A stretch of DNA of 40,047 nt from Rhodobacterales bacterium (GCA_038225335.1 JBBREW010000001.1:1-40047); one strand, 5' to 3'. Positions 1 to 9,318 are shown, numbered from the stretch's first letter. Program-made: numbers and translations. The notes: generated by a model from the sequence alone, not told the origin.

Positions 1-45
1 GACAGAAGACAAAAGTAGGTGGCGCATGGCAAAGTCCTTTGCGTG

Positions 46-1242
46 TCAGGTATCGTAGGTCCGGCGATCCTCGATCACGAGGCCGTCGCGGGGCAGGGTT
101 CCGGGCGCATGACAGGTCACGTCGCCGCGCAGTTTCAAAACGTTGGACACCGCGGCACGCAATGCGTCCTGATCCAGATCGCGCCCTTCAAAGGCGACGG
201 TCATGCGGTCCGCGTCGCCGTCCCGGTCCGCAATGACCCGTGCCCTGTCCGCACCCGTCTGCGCCACAAGCACCGCCACCTGTTCCGGGCGCACGAACAT
301 GCCCTTGATCTTTGTTGTCTGATCGGCCCGTCCCATCCACCCCTTGATCCGCATATTCGTGCGGCCACAGGGCGACGATCCGTCCAGCACCGCGCTCAGA
401 TCGCCGGTGGCAAAGCGGATCAGCGGGTAATCGGGATTGAGGGTGGTCACGACCACCTCGCCCACGTCGCCGGGGATCACGGGTGTCCCGGTGCCGGGAA
501 TGCACAATTCGACAATGACGCCTTCGTCAACGATCATGCCGCTGTCGGCTGCGGTTTCGTAAGCGATCAGCCCCAGATCCGCCGTGGCATAACATTGCAG
601 ACAGGTAATGCCGCGGTCCGCGTAATACTGGCGCAGCGGCGCAAACAAGGCACCGCCCGACACCGCAGCCTTGGTGATCGACAGGCTCACACCCATCTCG
701 TCCGCCTTTTCAAGAATGACCTTCAGGTAATCCGGCGTTCCGGCATAGGCGGTGACGCCTGCTGCGGCGGCCGCCATGACCTGCAATTCCGTCTGACCGG
801 TGCCGGCTGGCACGACCTTTGCCCCCACGGCCCGCGCGCCGTTTTCGAACATCGCGCCCGCCGGCGTCAGGTGATAGCCAAAGCAGTTCTGCACCGTGTC
901 GTCGGGACCGATCCCGCAGGCCGCCAGAAACCGCCCGAACCGCCACCAGTCCGGCGCGGACCCGCCCGGTTCATAGATCGGACCGGGCGACTGGAAAATA
1001 TGGGTGATGTTGCTGACCGGCAGACCGCCAAAAGGCGGTTGTGCCTTTTGACGGTCCACCAGATCGCTTTTCCGGAAAACTGGCAGGCGCGTCAGATCAC
1101 CCCACTGGTCCACCTGCGCCCCTGCCAGCCAAGACCCCGAAGATGCGTCCACCCGTGCAATCTGCTCTCGAAGGCCCGCAAGCTGTGCTTGCGCACGCGT
1201 CTTGGCATCACGGGTTTCCAGATCGTCGTAATAGGTGGTCAT
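46..1242 (-). CDS. Phenylacetate-CoA ligase (PaaK)-like adenylate-forming protein
   Basis: LPVFRKSDL, YAGTPDYL, YPLIRFATGDL, PCGRT..RIKGWMGRAD..KIKG motifs of the PaaK family; AGGAG RBS; ATG at 1242 (alternative GTG at 1245). Confidence 0.8.
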   Translation of the reverse strand: MTTYYDDLETRDAKTRAQAQLAGLREQIARVDASSGSWLAGAQVDQWGDLTRLPVFRKSDLVDRQKAQPPFGGLPVSNITHIFQSPGPIYEPGGSAPDWWRFGRFLAACGIGPDDTVQNCFGYHLTPAGAMFENGARAVGAKVVPAGTGQTELQVMAAAAAGVTAYAGTPDYLKVILEKADEMGVSLSITKAAVSGGALFAPLRQYYADRGITCLQCYATADLGLIAYETAADSGMIVDEGVIVELCIPGTGTPVIPGDVGEVVVTTLNPDYPLIRFATGDLSAVLDGSSPCGRTNMRIKGWMGRADQTTKIKGMFVRPEQVAVLVAQTGADRARVIADRDGDADRMTVAFEGRDLDQDALRAAVSNVLKLRGDVTCHAPGTLPRDGLVIEDRRTYDT

Positions 1243-1351
1243 CACGGTCTCACTCTCCTGTCCGGTTCAGTCATCACAAACAGCCCCGGACAGTGACCAA
1301 CTGGGCATCGCGGCGCGTGCTATGCAATAACGCACCGCTGCTAACCAATGA

Positions 1352-1717
1352 TCAGCCCGGAACGGCAGAGTTGTTGCAGATATTCACGATCGCACGGACC
1401 GTATCATCCGACACATTGGTCATCGCACCATCGGTGCCATCGGTAATCGATTCGTTGTCAGGGGCCGCTGCGGCATCGGATGCCGTCAGATTGCCCACGT
1501 CGCCGGTGTCATTCCCGGCATCGGGATCAGGCATGGTCTGCGACCCGACCGCCATCAAGGTGGTGACCGCATCTTTTTGCGTCGCATCGTCCATGTCCAG
1601 AAACTGCGTACAGGTCAGCGTGGGATTGCCGGACCCGGTTTCGGTCTGGGCCTGCGCCGACACTCCAAAGGCCGTCGTCATCACACAAGCCGCAGCGGCG
1701 ATCATCTTCATTTTCAT
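1352..1717 (-). CDS. Secreted HdeA/HdeB-like small acidic protein, 121 aa
   Basis: Signal peptide MKMKMIAAAAC...AQA; TCTQFLDMDDATQKDAV and AIVNIC resemble the two Cys motifs of HdeA; GGGAG RBS before ATG 1717. Confidence 0.6.
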   Translation of the reverse strand: MKMKMIAAAACVMTTAFGVSAQAQTETGSGNPTLTCTQFLDMDDATQKDAVTTLMAVGSQTMPDPDAGNDTGDVGNLTASDAAAAPDNESITDGTDGAMTNVSDDTVRAIVNICNNSAVPG

Positions 1718-1838
1718 GGTTTCACTCCCGTCAGGAACGCCGCACCCTGCGGCTCGTTCACCAAGGCAACGCCAGTCAGGCACGGGCGGCACAGGGCTGC
1801 GGCAATCCGTCGCATGATTTCACCCCCTGATGACCGGC

Positions 1839-2660
1839 TCAGGCCAGCCACCGCTTGCGCCTGCGATAACTGCGGACATCGCGGAACGACTTGCGGCCTG
1901 CCTCTGACACGCCAAGATAAAATTCCTTCACGTCCGGGTTCTCGCGCAGGTCGGCCGCTGGCCCTTCCATCACGACACGGCCGGATTCCAGGATATAGCC
2001 GTGGTGTGCAAACCGCAGCGCCACGTTGGTATTCTGTTCCGCCAGCAAAAAGCTGACGCCTTCACGCTCGTTCAGGTCCTTGACGATGGCAAAGATCTCT
2101 TCGACCAGCTGCGGGGCCAACCCCATGCTCGGCTCGTCCAGCAGGATGGTTTCCGGTCGCGACATCAACGCGCGGCCAATGGCACACATCTGCTGTTCAC
2201 CCCCCGACGTATAGCCCGCCTGACTGCGCCGCCGTTCCCGCAAACGCGGGAAGTAAGTATAGACCATGTCCAGATCGGCCATGATCGCGGCCTTGCCGTC
2301 GCTGCGCGTATAGGCGCCGGTCAGCAGGTTCTCTTCGATGGTCAGGTGTTCGAAACAATGCCGCCCTTCCATGACCTGAATGACACCGCGCCGCACTAGT
2401 GCCTCTGGCGACAGGTCCTGAACCCGCTCGCCGCGATACACGATGCTGCCTTTCGTCACCGCCCCGCGTTCGGAATGCAGCAGGTTGGAAATTGCTTTCA
2501 GCGTCGTGGTCTTGCCGGCACCGTTGCCCCCCAGCAAGGCCGTGATACCGCCCTTTGGCACCTTCAGGCTCACACCTTTCAGCACAAGGATGACCTGATT
2601 GTAGATCACTTCGATATTGCTGACCTCCAGCAACGTCTCTGTCTTTGGCTGATCCAGCAT
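1839..2660 (-). CDS. ABC transporter ATP-binding protein, LivF-like
   Basis: Walker A GGNGAGKTT, signature SGGEQQM, LLDEPSMGLAP; start moved to MLDQPK at 2660. Confidence 0.92.
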   Translation of the reverse strand: MLDQPKTETLLEVSNIEVIYNQVILVLKGVSLKVPKGGITALLGGNGAGKTTTLKAISNLLHSERGAVTKGSIVYRGERVQDLSPEALVRRGVIQVMEGRHCFEHLTIEENLLTGAYTRSDGKAAIMADLDMVYTYFPRLRERRRSQAGYTSGGEQQMCAIGRALMSRPETILLDEPSMGLAPQLVEEIFAIVKDLNEREGVSFLLAEQNTNVALRFAHHGYILESGRVVMEGPAADLRENPDVKEFYLGVSEAGRKSFRDVRSYRRRKRWLA

Positions 2661-2694
2661 GGCGCGGCCTGTCCTCGCTTTTTCTGAAATACTC

Positions 2695-2726
2695 AAAAAA
2701 TCGGGCGGCCCGTCAGGGCCGCCCGA
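2695..2726 (-). terminator. Intrinsic terminator or stabilising hairpin after the SBP gene
   Basis: Perfect 11-bp stem TCGGGCGGCCC-N4-GGGCCGCCCGA (2701-2726) followed by T6 on the minus strand. Confidence 0.7.
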
Positions 2727-2733
2727 CCATGGA

Positions 2734-4017
2734 TCAAAGGCAGCCCGGCGTGATGCTGTTTTCAGCGGCATAGGCCGCCGCATCCTCGGCAATCAGCGGA
2801 TCGATCACGCTCTTGTCCGGAGAGATGAAGTCCGTCAACGGCACCCAGACCCGGTCAGTCGCGTTCCACTGCTGCACCAGACCTTCGCCCGACCCCGAAT
2901 GGTTCTGACAGGATACGGTGAATTCCGGACCGATCCCTTCCATGCCCAGTTCGGTCATGCGGGCATTGGTGATTTCCAGCGCCTCCATCCCGTTGCGCAT
3001 CTGCATGGCGTCGATCTGCGATGTCTCGGCCAGTTCCTGTGCCTTGGCGATGGCCTCTGCGGCCAGCATCGCGGTGTACATGCCCCGGATATACAGCACC
3101 GTGCCCAGATTGGACGCGTCGCCGGCACCGTTGCCCGCATCGATCACCTGCGCGCGGATTTCATCCAGCACCGGATAATCCTGAATCCGGTTCATGTTCA
3201 GCGCCTTGTAGCCGTCAGCAGCCATGCCTGCGGCCAGCACGTCCGGTTCGGCGCCTGCCCACCAGTTCCCGATGAACTGGTCCATAGGATAGCCGACGTT
3301 GGCTGCTTCCTGAATGGCGACCTGGTTCTGGACGCCCCAACCCCACATGATGACATAATCGGGCCGTTCGCGCCGGATCTGCAACCACTGCGATTTCTGC
3401 TCTTGGCCCGGCGGGTCAACGGCCAGCTGGGTCAGGGTGAACCCATGGATCTTGCTCAGCTCTTCCAGCGTGCGGATCGGTTCCTTGCCATAGGCAGAGT
3501 TGTGGTAGATCAGCGTGATCTTCTTGCCCGACAGATCGTCGCCGTTCTCGCTCAACAGATAGTTGACCGCGACGCTGGCCGCATCCCAGTAGGTCGCCGG
3601 ATAGTTGAAGACCCATGGAAACGTCTCGCCCGCCGCAGCAGAGGTGCGGCCGTAACCCAGCGTGTGCATCGGGATCTGATCCGCCGTCGCCTTGGGGATC
3701 AGCTGATAGGTGATACCGGTCGACAGCGGTTGATAGATCAGCGCCCCGTCGCCCTTGGTCGCCTCGTAACACTCCACGCCTTTTTCGGTGTTATAGGCGG
3801 TTTCGCATTCGTTGATGCGGATCATCTCGCCGCCGATCCCGCCATCGCGAGCGTTCAGCAGCGCGAAATAGTCCTGATACCCGTCGGAAAACGGGGTGCC
3901 GTTGGCGCCGTAGGGCCCGGTGCGATAGCTCAGATCCGGGATCACCAGTTCGGCCAGCGCAGGCCCGCTGGCCACCAGGCCCGCAAGCAGTGCGGCGGCG
4001 CATGTCTTCATCTTCAT
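2734..4017 (-). CDS. ABC transporter substrate-binding protein (Leu/Ile/Val-binding-protein-like fold)
   Basis: Signal peptide MKMKTCAAALLAG..ALA; YRTGPY, NARDGGIGG, YHNSAYGKE; strong GGGAGGAG RBS. Confidence 0.9.
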   Translation of the reverse strand: MKMKTCAAALLAGLVASGPALAELVIPDLSYRTGPYGANGTPFSDGYQDYFALLNARDGGIGGEMIRINECETAYNTEKGVECYEATKGDGALIYQPLSTGITYQLIPKATADQIPMHTLGYGRTSAAAGETFPWVFNYPATYWDAASVAVNYLLSENGDDLSGKKITLIYHNSAYGKEPIRTLEELSKIHGFTLTQLAVDPPGQEQKSQWLQIRRERPDYVIMWGWGVQNQVAIQEAANVGYPMDQFIGNWWAGAEPDVLAAGMAADGYKALNMNRIQDYPVLDEIRAQVIDAGNGAGDASNLGTVLYIRGMYTAMLAAEAIAKAQELAETSQIDAMQMRNGMEALEITNARMTELGMEGIGPEFTVSCQNHSGSGEGLVQQWNATDRVWVPLTDFISPDKSVIDPLIAEDAAAYAAENSITPGCL

Positions 4018-4111
4018 CACAAGTCTCCTCCCAAAGATTGGTCTTGAAAAACGGGGAATATCCCGGTCGTGTCCGGCAGGTCGTGGCCTGCCGGGGCGGA
4101 TGCGGTGCGGG

Positions 4112-5188
4112 TCAGTATGGAAACGGCCAGACCCGCAACTTCTCTTTCGTGACGCGCCACAACTGCGCCAGCCCATGCGGTTCCTTGATCAGGAAAAACA
4201 TGATCAGCCCGCCCACCGCGACAAGTTGCAGATGGGCGACCGTGGCGCTTGGCCAGCCCAGCAGATCAACACCCAGCACCTTCAGCGCGACAGGCAGCAG
4301 CACCAGAAACGCAGCGCCCGCAAAGCTGCCGAAGATACTGCCAAGGCCACCGATGATGCACATGAACAGCACAAGGAAGGATTTCTGGATGCCAAAGGCC
4401 TCTCCGACTTCGACGGCACCCAGATAGACGGCAAAGAACAGCGCCCCCGCGATCCCGATAAAGAAACTGCTGACCGCAAAGGCCGTCAGTTTCGCCCGCA
4501 AAGGATCGACACCGATGATTTCCGCTGCAATATCCATGTCGCGGATCGCCATCCATTGCCGCCCCAGACTGCCCCGCGTCAGATTGCGCGCCAGCAGGGC
4601 ACAGATCGTGACAAAGGCCAGACAGATCATGTATTGCGCCCAGGGTGCGGTATTTGCCCCGGTCACGGCGACCCCGGCGATGAACCGTTCCGGTGCGGAA
4701 ATCTGCCCTGATGCGGAATAGTTGTAGAACCACGGCACCTTGTTGAACAACCACACCAGAAAGAACTGCGCCGCCAGCGTGGCCACGGCCAGATAGAACC
4801 CCTTGATCCGCAGGGACGGCAGACCGAACAGCGTGCCAACGGCCGCCGTGATGGCCCCCGCCACAATGACGTGGATCACGATGCTGACGTCCGGAAAGGA
4901 TGTCATCAACTTGTAGACCGCATAGGCGCCGACCGCCATGAAACCGCCGGTGCCAAGGCTGACCTGCCCGCAATATCCGGTCAGGATGTTCAGCCCGATC
5001 GCCGCGATGGCATAGATCAGGAATGGCACCAGAATGGCATTGGCCCAGTAATCGTTGACGAAGAACGGGATGACCAGCCAAGCCACCGCCAGCACCGCCC
5101 AGTACCGCCACCGGTCGAACCGGATCGGAAAGGTCTGACTGTCGGCGGCATAGGTCGTCTTGAAATCGCCCGCTTCACGATACAGCAT
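4112..5188 (-). CDS. ABC transporter permease, LivM-like
   Basis: GLNILTGYCGQVSLG, GFYLAVATLA, AIRD, IIGGLGSI; GGAGG RBS before MLYREAG at 5188. Confidence 0.92.
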   Translation of the reverse strand: MLYREAGDFKTTYAADSQTFPIRFDRWRYWAVLAVAWLVIPFFVNDYWANAILVPFLIYAIAAIGLNILTGYCGQVSLGTGGFMAVGAYAVYKLMTSFPDVSIVIHVIVAGAITAAVGTLFGLPSLRIKGFYLAVATLAAQFFLVWLFNKVPWFYNYSASGQISAPERFIAGVAVTGANTAPWAQYMICLAFVTICALLARNLTRGSLGRQWMAIRDMDIAAEIIGVDPLRAKLTAFAVSSFFIGIAGALFFAVYLGAVEVGEAFGIQKSFLVLFMCIIGGLGSIFGSFAGAAFLVLLPVALKVLGVDLLGWPSATVAHLQLVAVGGLIMFFLIKEPHGLAQLWRVTKEKLRVWPFPY

Positions 5189-5274
5189 CTTGACCTCCGG
5201 ACTGGGTGCAGCATCCCGGCGTGGCCGGGCGGGCGGGCGTCGTGGGGCGCAGTCCCACGCGGACGCCTGAAAGG

Positions 5275-6270
5275 TCACACACGTTCAATGATCCGCTCCC
5301 CGAACAGGCCCTGCGGGCGAAACACCAGAAAGATCAGGGCCAGTACATAGGCGAACCAGTTTTCCGTGGCCCCGCCCACCAGTGGTCCAATGGAGAATTC
5401 GAACAGTTTTTCGCCCACACCGATGATCAGCCCGCCCACGATTGCACCGGGGATCGACGTGAACCCACCCAGCATCAGCACCGGCAGCGCCTTGAGCGCG
5501 ATCAGTGACAGCGAAAACTGGACGCCGGATTTGGCCCCCCACATGACGCCGGCAACAAGCGCCACGATCCCGGCCAGCGACCAGACCAGCACCCAGATGA
5601 AGTTGAGTGAGATCCCCACCGACAGCGCCGCCTGATGGTCGTCCGCCACGGCGCGCATCGCACGGCCCTGCTTGGTATATTGCGCAAACATGATCAGCGC
5701 CGCCACCAGAACCGCAGCCACAAGGGCCGCCACGATATCCAGCTTGTCGATGAAGAACCCATAGAAATCATCACCGCCAAGACCCGCCGACAGGTTTTCC
5801 ACCCACATCGACCCACCCTGCGGGATGCCGATGTTCAGGGTCTTGATATCGGACCCCCACATCAGATCGCCGATGCCTTCCAGAAAATAGGCCAGACCGA
5901 TGGTGGCCATGAACAGGATGATCGGTTCCTGACCCACGAGATGCCGAAAGACAAAATTATGCACGGCCCAGGCGAACAGGATCATCACCAGCACCGTCAG
6001 CGCAATGGCCAGCAGGGCTGGCACCTCCCATCCGAAATTGTGCAGGTTCGTGCCGAACGTGGCGTTGATGATATGGCTGAACGGCACCTGTCCTTCCATG
6101 ATCCCCACCAGCGTCAGGGCGGCGAACAGGGCCATCACACCCTGGGCGTAATTGAATATCCCCGACGCCTTGAAGATCAGCACAAACCCCAGGGCCACCA
6201 GCGCATAAAGAACGCCCGCCATCAGGCCGTTGATCATCACTTCGATCAGATACAGGGTGTCAGCGGACAT
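5275..6270 (-). CDS. ABC transporter permease, LivH-like
   Basis: NGL..G.LYALVALGF, GRAMRAVA, LGGFTSIPGAIVGG, RPQGLFG. Confidence 0.92.
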   Translation of the reverse strand: MSADTLYLIEVMINGLMAGVLYALVALGFVLIFKASGIFNYAQGVMALFAALTLVGIMEGQVPFSHIINATFGTNLHNFGWEVPALLAIALTVLVMILFAWAVHNFVFRHLVGQEPIILFMATIGLAYFLEGIGDLMWGSDIKTLNIGIPQGGSMWVENLSAGLGGDDFYGFFIDKLDIVAALVAAVLVAALIMFAQYTKQGRAMRAVADDHQAALSVGISLNFIWVLVWSLAGIVALVAGVMWGAKSGVQFSLSLIALKALPVLMLGGFTSIPGAIVGGLIIGVGEKLFEFSIGPLVGGATENWFAYVLALIFLVFRPQGLFGERIIERV

Positions 6271-6314
6271 CGGGCAGGCCCCCTTTGGCCGGATTTGCGT
6301 GGATCGCCTGCAGG

Positions 6315-7133
6315 TCAGTCATGGGCCACCCCCAGATAGGCATCAATCACCTCTTGGTTGTTGCGGACCTCGTCGGGGGTGCCGTCGCCGATCTTGCGTC
6401 CGTAATCCATCACGACGACGCGGTCCGACAGGTCCATGACCACACCCATATCGTGTTCGATCAGCGCGATGGTCGTGCCGAATTCATCGTTCACATCCAG
6501 AATAAAGCGGCTCATGTCCTCTTTCTCCTCGACGTTCATGCCTGCCATGGGTTCATCCAGCAGCAAAAGCTTTGGTTCTGCCGCCAGCGCGCGGGCCAGT
6601 TCCACACGCTTTTTCAGGCCATAGGGCAGACGCCCGACGGGCGTTTTGCGGATGGCCTGAATTTCCAGAAAATCGATGACCCGTTCCACGACGGCGCGGT
6701 TCTCTGCCTCTTCGCGCGCGGCGCGGCCCTGCCAGATCGCCTGCGCCAGCAAGCCTGCCTTCATATGGGTCAGACGCCCGGTCATGATGTTGTCCAGCAC
6801 GCTCATGCCGTCGAACAGGGCGATGTTCTGGAATGTCCGCGCGATGCCCAGACGCGCCACCTGAAACGGTTTCATGGGCGGCCGCTTTTCACCGCGGAAC
6901 CAGACCTCGCCGTCCTGTGGGTGATAGAACCCGGAAATCACGTTCAGCATCGACGATTTGCCGGCCCCGTTCGGCCCGATGATCGCGCGTATTTCGCCTT
7001 CGCGAATGTCAAAGCTGATGTTCTTGATCGCCTCGACGCCGCCGAACCGCAGGGTGATGCCCCGCATGTCCATCATGACGCCGCCGATCTGGCGGCCGTC
7101 TGCGGTGACGTGGGGTGCAACATCCCCGGTCAT
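6315..7133 (-). CDS. ABC transporter ATP-binding protein, LivG-like
   Basis: GPNGAGKSS, GIARTFQN, LPYG, LLLDEP, C-terminal V..AYLG; ATGA overlap with the upstream gene. Confidence 0.92.
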   Translation of the reverse strand: MTGDVAPHVTADGRQIGGVMMDMRGITLRFGGVEAIKNISFDIREGEIRAIIGPNGAGKSSMLNVISGFYHPQDGEVWFRGEKRPPMKPFQVARLGIARTFQNIALFDGMSVLDNIMTGRLTHMKAGLLAQAIWQGRAAREEAENRAVVERVIDFLEIQAIRKTPVGRLPYGLKKRVELARALAAEPKLLLLDEPMAGMNVEEKEDMSRFILDVNDEFGTTIALIEHDMGVVMDLSDRVVVMDYGRKIGDGTPDEVRNNQEVIDAYLGVAHD

Positions 7134-9088
7134 GCGGCGGCCCTGCGCAACGGTGTGATGACCTTTGCATCGCGGATCGCCAGCGTGGCCTTGATCGCGC
7201 CCTTGCGCCCGTCTTCATAGGTGACTTCGGTTTCGGTATAGATGCTGTCCGCCCCGCCATAAAGCGCGGCAATCAGGTCCGCGAACTTGGTTCCCACAAT
7301 CGCGCGGCGCACCTTGCGCGACCGCGTCATTTCCCCGTCGTCCGCATCCAGTTCCTTGTGCAGCACCAGAAAGCGGTGGATCTGACACCCGGCCAGCATG
7401 GGGTCGGTGGCGATGCTGGCGTTGACCGCGTCCACATGCCCCGCCACCAGATCCAGCACGCGCGGATGCTGGGATAGTTCCTGATAGCTGGAATAGGCGA
7501 TGTTGTTGCGTTCCGCCCAGTTGCCCACGGCGTTCAGGTCGATATTGACAAAAGCCACGCAGCGGGCCTGCCCCGCGCCGAACACCACCGCCTCCAGGAT
7601 ATTGGGATAGAACTTCAGCTTGTTTTCCACGTATTTGGGCGCAAACATCGCACCGTCGGCCATTTTGCCCACATCCTTGGCCCGGTCGATGATCCGCAGA
7701 TGGCCTGTGCCTTCTTCGATGAAACCTGCATCACCCGTCGCCACCCAGCCGTCGGCGTCCTTGGTTGACGCGGTGCTGTCGGGGTTCTTGTAATAGGCGA
7801 CAAAGGTGCCGGGGGACCGGTAAAAGACTTCGCCGTTGTCCGCGATCCGCAATTCCACGCCCGGCGACGGCACACCGACCGTATCCGACCGGACCTGCCC
7901 ATCGGGTTGCTGGGTGATGAAAACCGTCGCCTCTGTCTGACCGTAAAGCTGCTTGAGGTTGATCCCGAGGCTGCGGTAAAAATCAAAGATTTCCGGGCCG
8001 ATCGCTTCTCCGGCGGTGTAACCGACGCGGACGCGGGACAGCCCGAGGGTGTTCTTCAGCGGCCCATAGACCAGCAGATCACCGATGGCATAGCGGACCC
8101 GGTCCAGCGCGCCGACCGGCTGGCCATCCAGCAAGGCAGGCCCGACGCGGCGGGCAATCGCCATGTAATGATCGAACATCGCCTTCTTGAACCGCCCGGC
8201 GTCCTCCATCCGGATCATGACCGTGGTCAGCTGATCCTCGAACACGCGCGGCGGGGCAAAGAAATAGGTCGGACCGATTTCACGCAGGTCGTTCAGCATC
8301 GTCTGCGCGCTTTCGGGGCAGTTCACGCAGAACCCGGTCCACATCGCCTGACCGATGGAAAAGATGAAATCCCCGACCCATGCCATCGGCAGATAGGCCA
8401 GCACCTCGTCCCCGGCGCGCAGGCTGTCAAAGGTGGCCGAATTTTTCGATGTTTCGATCACGTTGCGGTTCGACAGCACGACGCCCTTTGGGCGGCCCGT
8501 GGTGCCAGAGGTATAAAGCATCACGCAGGTATCGTCATAACCGCGCGCATCGGTCAGCGCCTGAAGGTCGGCCTGCCGGTTGGACGCCCGGCCCCGCGCC
8601 TGCACATCGGCATAGGATGTCATGGCGCTGTGGTCGTAACGGCGCAATCCGCGCGGGTCCAGATAGATGACGTGTTCCAGCGACGTCAGGTTCGCGCCCG
8701 CCTCTGCCAGCTTGTCGACCTGTTCCTGATCTCCGGCAAAGGCAAAACGGGCACCGGAATGATCCAGCGCATAGGCGATCTCTTCTGCGGCGGCTTCCTG
8801 ATACAGGGGAACGGGAATGCACCCCAGTTTCTGCGCCGCGACCATCGCCCAATACAGCGCCGGACGGTTGCGGCCCATGATGGCGATATGATCGCCAGCG
8901 GTGGCCCCCATATCCAGCAGACCAAGTGCGACGGCGTCGATTTCCTGCGCGGCCTGCGACCAGGTCCAGCTTTGCCAGATGCCGAATTCTTTTTCACGGT
9001 AAGCGGTCTTGTCGCCATGACGCGCGACATTGCGCGCCAGCAAATGAGGAACAGACACGGGTGCGGCACCCGGCGCGGCTGTCGTCAT
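7130..9088 (-). CDS. Long-chain acyl-CoA synthetase (AMP-forming)
   Basis: YTSGTTGRPKG P-loop, YGQTE, GW.ATGD, IIDRAKD, C-terminal TRSRKVRR lysine. Confidence 0.9.
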   Translation of the reverse strand: MTTAAPGAAPVSVPHLLARNVARHGDKTAYREKEFGIWQSWTWSQAAQEIDAVALGLLDMGATAGDHIAIMGRNRPALYWAMVAAQKLGCIPVPLYQEAAAEEIAYALDHSGARFAFAGDQEQVDKLAEAGANLTSLEHVIYLDPRGLRRYDHSAMTSYADVQARGRASNRQADLQALTDARGYDDTCVMLYTSGTTGRPKGVVLSNRNVIETSKNSATFDSLRAGDEVLAYLPMAWVGDFIFSIGQAMWTGFCVNCPESAQTMLNDLREIGPTYFFAPPRVFEDQLTTVMIRMEDAGRFKKAMFDHYMAIARRVGPALLDGQPVGALDRVRYAIGDLLVYGPLKNTLGLSRVRVGYTAGEAIGPEIFDFYRSLGINLKQLYGQTEATVFITQQPDGQVRSDTVGVPSPGVELRIADNGEVFYRSPGTFVAYYKNPDSTASTKDADGWVATGDAGFIEEGTGHLRIIDRAKDVGKMADGAMFAPKYVENKLKFYPNILEAVVFGAGQARCVAFVNIDLNAVGNWAERNNIAYSSYQELSQHPRVLDLVAGHVDAVNASIATDPMLAGCQIHRFLVLHKELDADDGEMTRSRKVRRAIVGTKFADLIAALYGGADSIYTETEVTYEDGRKGAIKATLAIRDAKVITPLRRAAA

Positions 9089-9166
9089 ATAGTGATCTCC
9101 CCCTCACCCCGCCCGGCGCACCCCGGACTGCCGTTACGACGCCTCCCCGCGCCGCAACATTCTTTC

Positions 9167-9218
9167 ATAGTGAGAGGTCAGTTCGCGTCCGTCAAATAAT
9201 TTATGAACGCTTGTTCAT
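9167..9218 (-). promoter_or_regulatory. Putative sigma70 promoter and palindromic operator for the ligase/ABC operon
   Basis: Minus strand TTGACG(9195-9190)-N17-CACTAT(9172-9167); palindrome ATGAAC-GCTT-GTTCAT at 9203-9218. Confidence 0.55.
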
Positions 9219-9249
9219 TTAATCTGCCCGCCGGCGGTCAGGCTGTTCA

Positions 9250-9284
9250 AAACGAAATCGGGCGGCGGCTTTCGCCACCGCCCG
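9250..9284 (-). terminator. Intrinsic terminator of the DUF481 gene
   Basis: Minus strand CGGGCGGTGGC-GAAA-GCCGCCGCCCG followed by ATTTCGTTTT. Confidence 0.7.
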
Positions 9285-9318
9285 TCTTCAGCGATATCCG
9301 GGAATGCAATCCGAACGA

